NCBI GenBank assembly: GCA_964249395.1 | Contig: CAXUCL010000001.1 | Span: 48,118-112,117 of the forward strand | Reading direction: 5' to 3' | From: an uncultured Rhizobiaceae bacterium | GTDB taxonomy: Bacteria; Pseudomonadota; Alphaproteobacteria; Rhizobiales; Rhizobiaceae | Length of the DNA: 64,000 nt | Shown: in pieces, positions 63,999 to 64,000 of the stretch | How the letters are laid out: each line of letters begins with the position of its first letter | How positions within the stretch are numbered: the stretch's first letter is position 1 | Made by a program: the position numbers and the translations under genes | The notes under the pieces: model-generated | What the model was told of the DNA's origin: nothing | What the model saw: only the letters and a program-made list of their open reading frames with translations | The model's database searches: none

Positions 63999-64000
63999 GA

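Overview
High-GC (roughly 67-69% by eye) alphaproteobacterial chromosome. Gene order points to Hyphomicrobiales/Rhizobiales; an Aurantimonadaceae-like origin is a guess. Bases 1-32400 are mostly conserved backbone: 3' part of parC, ate/bpt, RDD, hemB, ldtR-ldtP, glyA, nrdR-ribD-ribE-ribH-nusB, hppA, bamE, plsX-fabH-ihfA-MerR-like (ZapT-like)-tRNA-Pro(GGG), a reduced unipolar-polysaccharide (upp-like) locus, ctaA, argC, speB, rpsI-rplM and metY. Bases 32600-64000 are metabolic accessory genes: a membrane-anchored SOUL protein, a De Ley-Doudoroff galactose operon divergent from chvE-mmsAB, PAP2/pncA, an alpha-glucoside ABC transporter, gcdH, a TreS-like GH13, a BadF-type kinase, glgX, mntR/mntH, tctCBA, a phosphotransferase and a partial glutaredoxin-MauE gene. 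I saw no integrase, transposase, prophage or CRISPR array, and no large novel multi-gene system is evident. The most interesting signals are non-coding. (1) A probable plus-strand sRNA at about 33848-33914, with its own terminator and an anti-SD/anti-AUG segment, lies between two minus-strand genes, next to a PhaR-like box and an EcfG-like promoter. (2) Two phased GGTA-N6-TACC palindromes lie upstream of rplM and are candidate sites for the ZapT-like protein. (3) The upp-like locus has only three genes yet keeps a perfect CtrA box. All motif and family calls were made by eye and need computational confirmation.
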